A stretch of 64,000 nt of DNA, taken from the NCBI GenBank assembly GCA_973851085.1, contig OZ316775.1:12586001-12650000 (forward strand), in the 5' to 3' direction. Numbering within the stretch: the stretch's first letter is position 1; each line of letters opens with the position of its first letter. The notes below the pieces were generated by a model that was not told the origin of the DNA, ran no database searches, and worked only from the letters and a program-made list of their open reading frames with translations. This document shows, piece after piece, positions 36,015 through 49,987 of this stretch. This stretch comes from Ptychomitrium polyphyllum. Lineage: Eukaryota. A program made the translations under genes and the position numbers.

Positions 36015-36886
36015 TCTTACGGACATAGTAACCATAAGACAAGGCTCCAGGATTTCATGATGTTAAAAAACCATTTCCAAAGAATATTACAAATAAAGAG
36101 CTATAAGTACAAAAGACAAGGTAAGAAGGTCTGAGCAAGTCCACAAGAAATGCAATGTCAAAACTAAAGAACTCTTCAGTCTCAACCCCTATATATACTA
36201 GAACCACAAGCCTCGGAAGCTTCTTCAGAAGCTTCACCTACATTGCTTTGTACTCAAGCAACCTTGAGTTGCTTCCTTGGAAGTCTCCTAGGCCAAAATA
36301 ACTTCTTTGGAAGCTTCCACAGCCAAAACAAATTCTTTACAACCTTTCTAAGTGGAAGGTGATTTCCATGGAAGCTACTTAAGTCTAGGCAACTTCCTCG
36401 GAAGTTTCCTAAGCCCAAGGTAATTTCCTTGGAAATTTCCTAAATCAAAGAAATTCCTAGAAAGCTTTCTAAATCCTCCAAAAACCTGTTTAGATGCTTC
36501 TACTATGTATGTCTATGACATTGCCTCCCATTCTAGCTCCAAGGTCTCCAATGAACAACAAATGCTTAGAACTGTAAAAAGCCATAAATTTATCACATGG
36601 TATCTGCAACATACTCCAATTGCTTTTCTCAATTTAAATGATTCATTGGTCCTTGTAACCACCAATAGTATCCAATGCCTTCTATCTGGAACCAAGCATG
36701 AACTTTGTAAGCCAAAGAATTGACTCAATTGGTCAATTTTCATTAATTGTTAACTATTAGCATTAATTGCTAGGAAATAGACTTATAATAGTACCTGTCA
36801 CGGACATAGATCATGCAATATAGTACTTAAAATGTTGTAGAACCTTCTAGGATACTATGATAGCTTCTTTGAATACTTTTAGATGT
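34913..36886. repeat. Right arm of the 2 kb inverted duplication
   Basis: Reverse complement of 10818-12791. Ends abruptly inside an LTR at ...agatgt|tcat. Confidence 0.95.
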
Positions 36887-37059
36887 TCATTAATGTATGA
36901 GAAGACTTGAATAATTATGAATTTGATTCTAATCTAATATAATTTGATCTTGGACTACAATGCAACCTAGATAATCATAGCCTTAATTGAACTATGTGAA
37001 CTAATTTGGCTTTTTATATAGCGAGGGATAATTTAAGCTTACAAGCACATTTTAGCTAT

Positions 37060-38959
37060 TGCGTATAAAGATCTATAATACCTTTCACAAAATGATGATC
37101 AAATCAAATGTATGAATGAAATTTGGAAGAGTATCTTTGTTAAAGTATAAAATACACGCAAAACAATTTGATGGACATCTTCTCTTTGGCAAATTTGCTG
37201 ACAACAATACAATGCATTCTTTAATAACTCAAAATCCATTCTTTGCAAACAATGGCCAACATCCTCAAGCATATCCATTGCAAGTTAAGCATGTTGGAAG
37301 TCTTGCAACAGAGGATTTTGCAACTCAACCTATTAAAATCCACTAAGAAATTGCTTTACAGATATAATAAGATCTTGATCAATACAAATTCTATGCATAT
37401 CGTCATCGAAAGGACCACTCAAAGTTCAAGGTTGGAAATAGTGTATGGCTTCCACGACAAAATATACAAACAGAAAAATCGTCGAAGAAGTTAGACTATC
37501 AAAGGCTAGGACCATTGAAATTAGCAAACAAATAAATCCGATTAGTCTTTGCCTCAAACTACCACCAAAGATGCAAATTCATCCAATGTTCTACGCATCA
37601 TTGTTGAAAACCTACAAGAATTCATGTATACTACAAAATATTATTCTTCTACCTTCCTATGTGAAAATCAATAATGAAATGGAATATGAAGTCAAAGAGA
37701 TCTTAAATTCACGCATCAAGAATGGACTTGTGGAGTACCTTATACATTGGCAAGGATATGGCATCAATTTTCAAACATGGAACCTTTGAGGAACATAACA
37801 AATGCATTTGACAAGGTATGAAAATTTCATTAAAGGATTCCTTAGAAGCTAGGTTAAAAAATGACATATTATCAAGAGCAGTTAGCTTTATGGAGAAATT
37901 ATTTCCATAGTGAAGAAAGAAAATTAGAGAGAGATTTTCAAACCTCCAATTGTATGCAATCCTTTTTCCAAGATAGATCATATGTAAATCTTAGTTAATA
38001 TGCTAAATCTTTGTGTTATCATGGATATGCGTCAATACTAGTCAATTGTGTCCTCATCAACAACAATACTTTTAAAACCGACTTAACTTTCTCAACCTTC
38101 AACATTGGAGGATCTAAGCCAAGATATGAGAGAGACATTCCATCATTGATTGCGACTTCGTGCAGAAGTATTGGCCAGTCGTCCTTTACATTCCATTCTT
38201 GATTCAAATGCTTGAGCTCTAACCATCTTCTCAAAGGTAGGAAGAGTCACTTTTAAAAGACCAGAGATTATATTTGGAAGATGTTTTGAAAGACTTAATT
38301 AAGATCATATTTTGGGCTATAATATTTCAACAACAAAAGTCTTGGCTAGTGGTCATTGACAATTCTTGCAAGGATTAATTGAATTAAAAGGCAAAGACTA
38401 ATGAGCTAAACATGTTGCTTCTCTTCTTTGACAAATTTTGGAATTTGTAGAGATGTGGTGAGCAAGCCACAAGAAAAGCTCTTCATGGGGCTTATCACTA
38501 AAGGAGAAATTGATGTTACAAACATAGATCATACAACATAGTCTTTAGAACCTTCTAAAACCTTTTGGTATATTATGGTAGCTTCTTAGAATACTTTTAA
38601 TGTCTCCATAACTGTTTCCACCTTCTTGGAAAATTTCCTAGGAATATTCTAATTCCTTGGAAGCTTCTTAGGAAGGTTCCACCATCTTAGGATATTTCTT
38701 GGGAAGGTTCCATAGACTTCTAAAATACTCTTAAGCCTTATAAAAAGTTTCTTTAGAAGTATCCTAGGAGATACAAACATCATAGTATAAATAAGAGACA
38801 AGACAAGGTATATCTTAGTCTTGCCAATACAAATTGTGGATCATATTATATCATACCTTAATCTAGTCTTTGTATTAGTTCTTCTTAATCATCAGCTCTT
38901 TGGAAGCTAATTCTTAAAAAATACTTTGTTTCCACTTTTTGTTTCTTATGTTTTTAACA
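37060..38959 (+). mobile_element. Old family A 3' half: integrase C-terminus, chromodomain and 3' LTR 38514-38959
   Basis: NPFFANNGQHP, MQIHPMFY and MEYEVKEILNSRIKNGLVEYLIHWQGYG. LTR TGTTACA...taaca. Confidence 0.88.
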
Positions 38960-39435
38960 TCCAGCACCTCCATGATGCCTACATCGCCATTTATAACCAA
39001 GACGCCATAATTTACCATTACTAGCAAAGCTTCCTAGCATGGAAAGATAATCATCCGATAATGAACTCTTTTTGTTTTTTCTAGTATTCATGACTTAAAT
39101 GACAAACATTTTGATAGTTTGACTTTAGGTGTTGATCAATCCTTGCATGATATTCAAAGCACTTCTTCCTTATCTACCACTTCTTATCTCCTACTGATCG
39201 ATATCAATCTTCCCGCTTATCCATCTTCTCTTTATACTCGTATCAATCTCTATACCCCATCTATAGGACACTAATTTCTTCTTCTTCCTTCCATCCCTGC
39301 TGCTACACCTACCTCTCTTCTATATATGCTCCTCTTTCTGTGCTCAAAACACTTCCTTAATTTCAAATTCAAGAGATATTCAAGTAGATCAATTTTGATG
39401 TTTCCAGGATTAAACTCAGTCAAGAAGGAAAATAA

Positions 39436-39991
39436 TGTTATTGGGCTACCAAGTGTTATACCTGATACTATTGCACTTCTTCTACTGATTTTCTTTTATT
39501 AATAGTACCAAACATCCTCCAACAGTAACTCTTGGACAATAGTAGTAGTCTGTTAGTTTAGACAAATAGGTGTAGATCCACTTTTATAGGATCTTGAATC
39601 TAGTATTTAAACCTTCAAGTAAGAGAATTGAGAGTGTATTATATTTTGTTTTTACTATGAAACAAATTATACACTCTATTTTCTAATTCTATCATCAATA
39701 TCATTTTAGAGTAATTGTTTCTATGTATGTTCTTCCATTCTAGCAAATTCTATAGTATTTTATAGTTTGATCCTTAATACTACTATGCATCTTCTATTTG
39801 ATGGTATTAACTATAAATTTGTATAGATTGCTTTTCTTAGATCCGGACTCTCCAATTATGAAATACTAAGTCTTAGAGTACTTGGTAGTTACCAATTTTA
39901 ATACTGGTATAGCTGGCCATTCTTTGATAAGGATTTTTCCACTAAAAAACTACTAACTTTTTGGTTACTTTGTAATTACCAACCCTGATAA
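39436..39991. repeat. LTR-like repeat, family C
   Basis: Begins TGTTATTG and is homologous to 34297-34769. Confidence 0.65.
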
Positions 39992-40334
39992 ATACCGCTC
40001 ACATTCTACTCCAACTATGGACATCATTCAAAGATGAATATATTACAACGTCTACAATTTGAGAGTGCAGCAAAAAGAATTTGCCACAAGGATGGCAGAG
40101 CTTTAAACAACCAGGAAGACTCAATTATAAGAAGCTCAAGAACAATGCAAAACAACAACAAATGCAAGAAAGAAGGCTTAATCTCTATTCCAAGTTGGTG
40201 AAAAGGTGTGGCTCCTTTGACATAATATAAAGACCAATAGGCCATGTGACAAGTTGGACTAGTGCAGATTGGAAACATTTATATTTTAATAGCAAATCAA
40301 CCATGTGGCGTATTATTTGGAACTACCAGCATCA

Positions 40335-41010
40335 ATAAAAGTAAATCCAATCTTGTATGTCTTATTTTTGGAAGCCTACAAGGAATCAACCATCTTTGGA
40401 CAAATGCGGTTGCCACCACCTGTGGTCATCATCAACAATAATCGTGAATTTGAAATGGAAGAAGTATTTGATTCATAGATAAGATATGAAAAGTTGGAAT
40501 ATTTCGTCCATTGGCGCGGATATGACATTAGTGAACGCACCTACGAACTAACTAACAATCTTACAAATTTGTCAATAAAAATTTATGAGTTCCACCAACA
40601 ACATCCATCCAAATCAAAAGTAGTAGTACAAAGAATAGTGGCTTAGTAATATTGTGTAACCATGAACGCTCTAGATTCTTGAACTTTTAAACAAAAAAAA
40701 AACCAATTCCTTAAACATAAGTTTTTTAAGCTATATACATAATATAGAGTCCAATCCTTTGTGTTTTGAGTTTATCATAGTTCTTTGAGATTATTTTAAT
40801 ATATCAATTATAGATAGCCAAAATATTGATGCCATGCTAGTGGTATTAATCCTACAAAGTGGTCCGTATCGAGAACCTCAAGACAAAGAATAAATTGAAT
40901 CAAGAAAACATTGAAGGATACCTAGTAATGATATAAGAAGGCCAAGGAAAATATTTTGATTAAAGAAGCTTCTAAAAAGTTACTTTAGATAAAGAAGCTT
41001 CTATAAAAGC
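40335..41010 (+). mobile_element. Degenerate chromodomain and start of an old LTR (probably family B) interrupted by copy 2
   Basis: Translates to EFEMEEVFDS*IRYEKLEYFVHWRGYD. The LTR resumes at 47658. Confidence 0.7.
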
Positions 41011-44000
41011 TGTTAGAGACACAAGAAACAAGAAGCAGAAACAAAGTGTTTCCCAAGAATTAGCTTCCAAAGAGCTAATGATTAACAAGAACTTGATACA
41101 AAGACTAGAACAAGGCAGGATTCAAGATGATCCACAACTTGTGTTGGCAAGACTAAAGAATACCTTGTCTTGCCTCCTAATTATACTATGACGTTTGTAT
41201 TTCCTACGATACTTCTAAAGAAGCTCCGTACAAGATCTTAGAATGTTTTGGAAGTCTAGGGAACCTTTCCAAGAAGTTTCCAAAGATGTTGGAACCTTCC
41301 TAAGGATCTTCAAAGAAGTTGGAATCCTCCTTCGAGGTTCCCTAAAGAAGTAAACCTTCCTAGGAAGTTTCCTAAGATGATGGACCCTTCCTTGGAAGAT
41401 TCATAAGGTAGTAAAAAACTTTCTAGGAAGTTTCCTAAGATGATGGACCCTTCCTTGGAAGATTCATAAGGTAGTAAAAAACTTTCTCGGAAGTTTCCGA
41501 AGATGATGGAACCTTCCTAGGAAGTTTCCTAAGGTTGGAGAACTTTCCTAGGAAGCTTCCTAAGAACATGGAAGGACTATGGAGACATCTAATAATATTC
41601 TAAGAAGCTATTATGGTATACTAGAAGGTTCTAGAATGTTCTAAGGACTATGTTGCATGATCAGTGTCCATGACATCACCTCCCCATTTAGCGACGAGTC
41701 CCATGAGGAGCTCTTTTCTTGGCTTGCTTATCACATTTCTACAAATTCCAAAATTTGTCAAAGGAGTGAAGCAACATACTCTGCTCGTTGTTCTCTGTTC
41801 ACTGGTTCAACTGGTCCTTGCAAGAAACGCCGATGGCCACCAGCCAAGACTTCTGTTGTTGAAATGTCCCATCCCAAGATCTGATCTTGATTAAGTCCTT
41901 CAAAACATCCTCCAAACAAGATTTCGGATCCTCCAGGAGTGACTCTTCCAATTTCTAACAAGATGACTAGAGCGCCAGCATCTGAATCAAGACTGGAATG
42001 TGAAGGGCGACTGGTCAATACTTCTGCACGAGGTTGTACTTGACGTTGGGATGTCCCTCTCATATCTTGACTTAGATTCTCCGTTACTGAGGGCTGAGAA
42101 AGTTGAATTGGCTCAACAGATGCTGTTGTTGATGAAGGCATGGCCGACTGCTCTTCACGCATATCCATGATAACACAAAGATTTGACATACTGGCTAGGA
42201 TCTGGAAATGATCTATCTTGGAAATAATGCTGCATACAATTGGAAGTTTGGATATCTCTCTTCCCTTCTTATACTTGTCTATGAAGAAAAAACTTCTCTG
42301 TAAAGCTAATGGCCGCTGATGACACATCATCACTAACCTGGTTTCTAAGGATATCTTTGATGAAATTCGTGTACCTTCTCGGATACATTTGTTACATTCG
42401 TTGAAGGTTCCCATGTTTGGTCATTGATGCCATATCCTTGCCAATGTATTAGGTACTCCACACGTCCGTTCTTGATGCGTGAATCTAAGATCTCTTCCAT
42501 TTCATATTCAATTTCATTATTGATTTCCAGCGGAGGAGGTGGAAGAACAATTCTCTCTGGTATACATCATTTGTTATAGGTTTCCAACAACAATACGTGG
42601 AATATTGGATGAATTTGCATGCTTGGTGGTAGCTTTAGGCGATAACTAACCGGATTTATTTGTTTGCTGATATCAAACGGTCCCAACCTTTGATAGTCCA
42701 ACTTCTTTGATGGTCTGTTTATCTGTATATTTTGTCGTAGGAGCCATACGCTCTCTCCAACCTTGAACTTTGAATGGTCTTTGTGATAGCGATCTGCATA
42801 AGTTTTGTAACGCTCTTGAGCTTGTTGTAATTGGAAGGTAATTTCTTGATGGATTTTAGCAAGTTGAGTTACAAAATCCTTAACTGCAGGACTTCCAACA
42901 TGCTTCACTTGAAATGGATCTGTTCGAGGATGATGCCCATAGTTTGCAAAGAATGGACTTTGACTTGTTGAAGAATGCACCGTATTGTTGTAAGCAAATT
43001 CTGCCAAAGGCAAGAGGTCCATCCAATTGTCTTGCTGGTAGTTTATGCTACAACGAAGGTACTGTTCCAAAATTTAATTTACACGTTCGGTTTGGCCATC
43101 AGTTTGCGGATGGTGTGCTGAAGAAAGATTGATCTTTACAAGCAACAACTGGAATAGAGCCCTCCAAAAGTTGGAAATGAACTGCGGCCCCCGATCGAAT
43201 ACAATATCATCTGGTAGTCCATGTATGCGGTAGACGTGATTTAGGAACAACTTGGCAGTTTCTTCTTCCGTTACCGTCTTGTTGCATGGAATGAAATGTG
43301 CCATTTTGGTAAATCGATCCACCACTACCAAAATAAAATCCTTTGATTTGGAATTTGGAAGGTCCGTGATAAAATCCATTGATAAAGACAACCATGGGTC
43401 CTTTGGCACTGGAAGCGGATGGAGGAGACCATGAGGTTGGTGTCTTGGTACCTTGGCTCTTGCACAAGTGTTGCATGATCAAACAAAGTCCTTTACGTAC
43501 TTCTACATTTGTGGCCACCAATAGTCTCTAGCAATCAATTCCATTGTTTTATTGAATCCAAAATGTCCTGCTGCTGGAAAATCATGACGTACTTGAAGGA
43601 TCTTCAACCGCAAAGGGCCTGGAGGTAGGTACAAAAGTCCTTTATAATAAAGTATGCCCTCTTGGAATTCAAAATCTTCATTGCTATTTGAAGGATTTCC
43701 ATTGTCTTTAAGGCGCTTCTTTATATTTGAAACAAAGACGTCATTCTTTAAAGCCTTCCGAATTTTGTCAAAATGGGATGTTGTCGTAATAATGGCTGCT
43801 TTCAATTGAAGATTCTCAAGCTTCAATAAAATTGTCCTTTGTTGATTTAAAACATCATCTCCAAGTTGAGGAGCTAAATAAGATCTTCGAGATAAGGCAT
43901 CTGACTTACCTTGCAAGCTACCCAATCGATAGGTAATGACAAAGTCAAATCTGGAAAGCGACATACTCCACCTTGCTTGACGGCGATTCAAAACGCGCGC

Positions 44001-47000
44001 CACTCATGAAATACTCCAAGTTCTTGTGGTCTGTGTATATTGTGATGGTGTGTTGAGCTCCTTCCAATAAGTGTCGCCATTCTTCAAACGCATCCACAAT
44101 TGCAAGTAGTTCTTTATCATGTATATCATAGTTGATCTCTGCCGCTGAGAACTTCCTTGAACGAAAAGCAAGAGGGTGAAGTCTTCCGTCTTCATCATAT
44201 TGTGAGAGTACTTAGCCAAGCGCAAAATCTGAGGCATCCGCTTCCAAATAAAAAGGCTTTGATGGATTTGGATGAATAAGGATTGGAGCCGATGTAAATG
44301 ACTTCTTAAGACTTTGAAATGTTTTTTCCGCTTCTTCATCCCAAATGAATTTTTGCTTCCCCGTAAGACGTGTTAATGGTGCCGCAATCTTGGAATAATT
44401 CTTGATGAATATTCTCTAAAAGTTTGCAAATCCCAAGAAGCATTGAACATCTCAAATTGATCTTGGCGTACTCCACTCCATGACAGTGCTTATTTTTTTC
44501 TTATCCATATGGATTCCTCCTTTGGAAATGATGTAGCCTAAAAATTCAACCAAGGATTCATGGAAAAGGCACTTCTCCAATTTGGCATATAATCCTCGCT
44601 GGCATAGTTTTTCTAAGACCACTTGCACATGATATTTGTGGTCTTGTTCATTTTTTGAATATATCAAAATATCATCTAAGTGGATGACTATAAAATCATC
44701 CAGATATTCATGGAAGATATCATTTATCATATGTTGGAAGATTGGGAAAGGCATTAGTAAGGTCGAAAGGCATGACATTATATTCAAAATGACCATACTT
44801 AGATCGAAAGGCTGTCTTCCATTCATCTCCTTCTTTGATGCGTACAAGATTGTAGGCTCCTCTAAGATCAATTTTGGTGAATATCTTTGCTTGGCCAAGT
44901 TGTTGTACAAGTCTTGAGATTAATGGTGATGGATAGCGATTCTTTTTTGTTACTTTGTTGAGGCCTTGATAGTCCACGCACATACGTAATGATCCATCTT
45001 TCTTCTTTACAAATAGAATGGGTGCTCCAGCAGGTGATTTAGAATGTTGAATGAAACCCTTTCCAAGGTTTTCATCAATATATTCTCTCAAGGCAGCCAA
45101 TTCAATTTGTAATAAGTTATAAATAGATCCAAAAGGTGGTTGGGCTCCTTCTTGCAACTCAATGGTACAATCGTAAGGCCGGTGCTTTAGTAACATGTCC
45201 GCATTCTTCTTTTCAAAAACGTCTTTATAATCTTGATATTGACGAGGTATGTTTTGATTAGTCTCTATTGTAGAGCTAGACATTGGTGTGGCATAAATGG
45301 CATAGATTGGTTCATCATTTGCCGCTCTCATAAATCCCTTAGCTCCAATAAATGATGGTCCAAGATTTCTCGTACCTTGACATCTTTTCCTTGAGACCAC
45401 ACTCCGTGAGCGCGAGTCAATGTTTGGATTATGTGATTCAAATCAAGGAAGGTCCAAAATAAAAGGATTCGTTTGGCATTGAATGATGTTGAAAACAATC
45501 TTAGATGCTTGGTCTCCTAAAACAACCTCCAAAGGTTGAGTTTCTTCAATAACGTTGCCAGATGCAAGACATTGTCCATCAATAACTTCAACAGGTGCGA
45601 GGTATTTTTTCTTCACAAGCACCATGTGATGTTTGGTTGCAAAGTCCTTGTCCATAAAACATGCCGTTGCACTAGTGTCTAAAAAGAGCCTCACTAATTA
45701 TTTCATCATCTAACAATTTAATTTTGATAGGAAATGTAAAACAAGAGATAGGATTTGAAGGTAGTAAGAGACCTTGATTTGATGGTGGTTTCCTTCTGGT
45801 GTCCAATTGCATGGTCCCTACTGTGATTGGACAGCCTCGTTTTCCAACTCCACCATTGTGCTTTGAGTCTTAAAGGCAGATCCTTTGATTTGGCAATTGC
45901 GCACTTTATGTCCAGACTTGCCACAATACAAACATAGGTTTTCTCTTCGACGCCTTTCTTTTTCTTTTGGAGTCAAGCGTCTGAACTAGGCAGCATCAAT
46001 TTGCATAGATTCTGGTCATTGTGGTCGATTATTCAATATTCTTTTAGAAGTGGTAGCCATGCTTTGATGTACTGGTCGCCATCCCAAGCGTTGTTCTTGG
46101 CGCCTCTCAAATAATTTGTTGTCACATGCTATTGCCTAAGTGATGAATTCGTCCAATGTTTTTACTCCTGGCATTGTGAGTAGCATATCCTTGAAATTCT
46201 CTCTTAAGCCCCATCAAAATCGTGTGACCAAGGCTTTATCATTCCAATCAAGGTCGCAAGCTAATTGTCAAAACTCTGCAGCATATGTAGCAGCTGAGCG
46301 CTGTCCTTGCTGGAGACTCTAGATCCTTGTTTCAACCACCTTCTCTCGGTTGGTGTCTCCAAAAGTAGATGTTAATGCTTCAATAAAAGCATCTAAGTTC
46401 TTCAATAATGGTGACTGCTTCTCCATTAGGGGTGCAAACCACGATAGTGCATTGTTTGATAAAAGAGTGGCCACAAATCCCACTTGAGTTGTGCCATCAA
46501 GATAGCGAGATTGATGCAAACTAAGGAAGAGCCTTACTTGTTGAACAAAGCTTCTCAATTTTGATTGTGATCCATCAAACTTGTCTGGCATGTTAATCTT
46601 TGGCTGTGCATGGGTTTGACGTAAGCCTTCCCTTCCAATATTGGCCTCTCGCAATCAAACAACCTCTTGATATAGGCTTTGAATATCACCATTGGATTCT
46701 TTAGCTTGCCAAGTATATTGTTCCAAATTGTTGGTGGTATTAAAACGGGCAAGTTCCGTTCGAACTGTGTTTAATAATTCTTGAAGGTCTGCAATAGTTG
46801 CAAAGCTTTTCTCTGATGTTTCAGGCACATTATCCATACCTTAAGACTCTCAAAGACAGAAAGACTATGAGTACCTTTGAAGGAGGAAAATCCACGTTCT
46901 TTGAAAGAAGTAATACTTGGTTCGAGAAGGAGAAACCAACTCTATGGTGGCAGCTTAGAGGAGGGTAATCCGCAACCTCTTTGACGCTATGGAATCCTAA

Positions 47001-47657
47001 AGAAGATGGGTAATCCACAATCTTCTTCAAAGAACCTTAGTCTTTGACAGAGATGAAGAGTAATCTTACCAAATTGTTAGGGATACAAGAAACAAGAAGC
47101 AGAAACGAAGTGTTTCCCAAGAATTAGCTTCCAAAGAGCTAATGATTAACAAGAACTTGATACAAAGATTAGAACAAGGCAGGATTCAAGATGATCCACA
47201 ACTTGTGTTGGCAAGACTAAGGAATACCTTGTCTCACCTCCTATTTATACTATGACGTTTGTATCTCCTAGAATACTTCTAAAGAAGCTTCCTACAAGGC
47301 TTAAGAATGTTCTGGAAGTCTAGGGAACCTTCCCAAGAAGTTTCCTAAAATGTTGGAACCTTCCTAAGAGTCTTCCAAGGAGTTGGAATCTTTCTTGGAA
47401 GTTTCCTAAAGAAGTAGAATCTTCATAGGAAATTTCCTTAGATGATTCAACTTTCTTAGGAAGTTTGCTAGGAAATTACCTAAGATCTCAGAATCTTCCT
47501 AGGAGGTTTCTTAAAGTGGGGGACTTTCCTAGGAAGCTTCTTAAGAACATGGTAAAGACTATGGAGACATCTAGAAATATTCTAAGAAGCTATTATAGTA
47601 TACTAGAAGGTGCTAGAATGTTCTAAGGACTATGTTGCATGATCTTTGTCCGTTACA
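41011..47657 (-). mobile_element. Full-length defective chromovirus, copy 2 (3' LTR 41011-41675, 5' LTR 47075-47657), TSD AAAGC/GAAGC
   Basis: Same ORF fragments as copy 1 at offset +36705. TG..CA termini and a 4/5 matching TSD. Confidence 0.96.
42335..46837 (-). pseudogene. gag-pol pseudogene of copy 2
   Basis: Translations identical to copy 1, plus one extra gag stop (CAG>TAG near 45988). Confidence 0.95.
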
Positions 47658-47911
47658 GAAGCAATCTCAAGTTGCTTGAGTATAAAGCATTATATTAGAA
47701 GCTTCCATGGCTTTTAATTAAAGTATATATAGAAATCAAGGTTGAAGAGATTTTTAGTCTTGACACACACATTTCTTGTAGGTTAGCACAAACCTCCTAG
47801 TCTTATATTTGTACATATTAATAGCCTTTTCCTTCTATTTTACCTTGGACATATTTTCTTCGATATCTTAGAGTTTTGAAGCCTTGCCTTGTCATTACTC
47901 TGTCCAAAACA
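47658..47911 (+). mobile_element. Distal part of the family B LTR that hosts copy 2
   Basis: gaagcaatctcaagttgcttgagta.aaagca matches 11429-11460 and ends ...ctgtccaaaaca. Confidence 0.75.
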
Positions 47912-49605
47912 ATAACTTTGTGTTTGATCCTTCCTCAATAATGTCATTATTTTCTAGTTTGTCTCTTATCAAAATCTAATATCTTTCCTATTTGCTTTTT
48001 TTTATTTTGGTTTTGAATTTGTAACAATTGGTTTTGTTTTCCTTTGTAGTTTGAACCTAGAAGTTTCAATCAAAAAAAATAAAAATTGATTGTATTTATT
48101 TAAAGATATTGTTAAATAATGGCTTTATGAAAGGAAATAGGAGTTGATGTAGAAAGATAAGAGGCAAATGTGGTGGTTTAACCATTGTGAGCTTAATAAA
48201 ACTTCCCTGCTATCAGTTCATATAGTCTTATTTTTAATTTATCAATCATTCAAGTTGCGTTTGTTGTCCAACTTAGTTTTTTATCCTAATTCTCCAATAA
48301 ATAAAATCCATCATATAAGTAAATATTATTCCATACCAATTTTTCATAATGTAATTAGACTTTCAAAATTCATTACTAATTTATTATAGATCTAAATGCC
48401 ATAATTCAAATAGAATTGGAAAGCTAACAATAAAAACTATAAGACTACAATAAAATAATAATAATTGAAAAAGATCTGAGCTCTTTATCAATATTCAACT
48501 GCGACTTATTGGATTTTTGCAATTCCAATTTCCAACAACAAGGCTAAATTTCTATCTTCTATGTTAAATGCATCACAATTCTAAATTTAGTATTTTAAAC
48601 AACATTGGAAAGATAACAACAAGATTTTTAACAATACAAATTGAAATGAAAGACTCAAACCAAGTTCAAGGACTAATTAGGACGTGACCATGGCTTAATT
48701 TTAAACCCCTAAATGAGCAACTTCAACTTCAACTTCAATAGTTCTTAAATCCTTTTTACAATTCTACACTACTTCTATCAATAAATAAAAGTACAAAAGG
48801 AAAAGAAAAGAGAAAAAAATAAGGGAAAGAAGCAAGAAATGAGAAAGTGAAAAAAAATGAGAATATCAAATAGAAAGAGAGTGAGAAAAAGTCTTCTTTA
48901 TCTTATTTCTTTGGTTCAATTTGTACCAACTATTATGAGACTTTTTAAACTAGCATTGTAATTCCATAATGTTTCATCAACTTGCTCCACCAAACCTGAG
49001 TTCTAATTTCAAGGCCCTCTAGTCTTAATTAACTAACACTTATTGATTATTTAATCTAATTTTTAATTCCTAATTCAATATTTATTGAAAGCTTATCTCT
49101 CGTCTTTCTACATCAAGCCATATTTCACTTTCATTGGTAGAAAACTTCTCTACTTTCATCTAACTTAGTTCCCAATCTAACTCATAAGCACTAATAAATC
49201 TAAGTTGAAAAATTGTCCTTCTTTTCCTAATTCAACCAATTCCTTATTCTTAATAGATGTGAACTTCTAATAACTACGTAATTTGCATAGTAAATTCTTT
49301 AAGAACTAATTACATTGTAAATGAAGCCCCTTTGCCTTATTTGGGCCTAATTTAAACAAATGACATCATTTTTTTTATCAGTTTTTGAGCAAAAACAACA
49401 AAATGAGCTCATTCTACAGCTCACAATCACTGCCCTCTTCTTTTTCTTAACTTCTTTTATTTTAAATAAAAAACACTTTTTCTTTTAATAATATTTCATC
49501 ATATGCTTTTTAATTTTGATTGACTTTTGTTGGATTTTTTTTGTTTTTTTTATAAGGTGATTAAAAAGCCATCACAAACTTCATTTGAAATTAGTATATG
49601 ATTGT

Positions 49606-49987
49606 TGTCACAAACATAAATCATGGAGCATAATTTTATAATCTTTTAGAACCTTCTAGTATATTGTAGTAGCTTCTTAGAATATTTTTAATAAATCCAT
49701 AGCCATTTCAATCCTTGGAAAGTTTCTTAAGAAGGTTCTATAGACTTCTAAAACATTCTTGAACTTCATGTAAAGTTTTTTTAGAAGTATCTTAAAAAAA
49801 CAAGAGTCATAGTTCAAATAAAAAGCAAGACAAGGTATACCTTAGCCTTGCTAATACGAATTGTGGATCATATTGTATTACGCCTTTGTTTTAGTTTTTG
49901 TATTAATTCTTAATGATCATTAGTCCTTTGGAAGCTAATTCTTGGAAATCATTTTATATCTGCTTTTTATTTCTTGTGTTCCTAATA
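49606..49987 (+). mobile_element. Degenerate family A solo LTR
   Basis: Similar to 38514-38959 with no internal sequence adjacent. TSD not evident. Confidence 0.8.
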
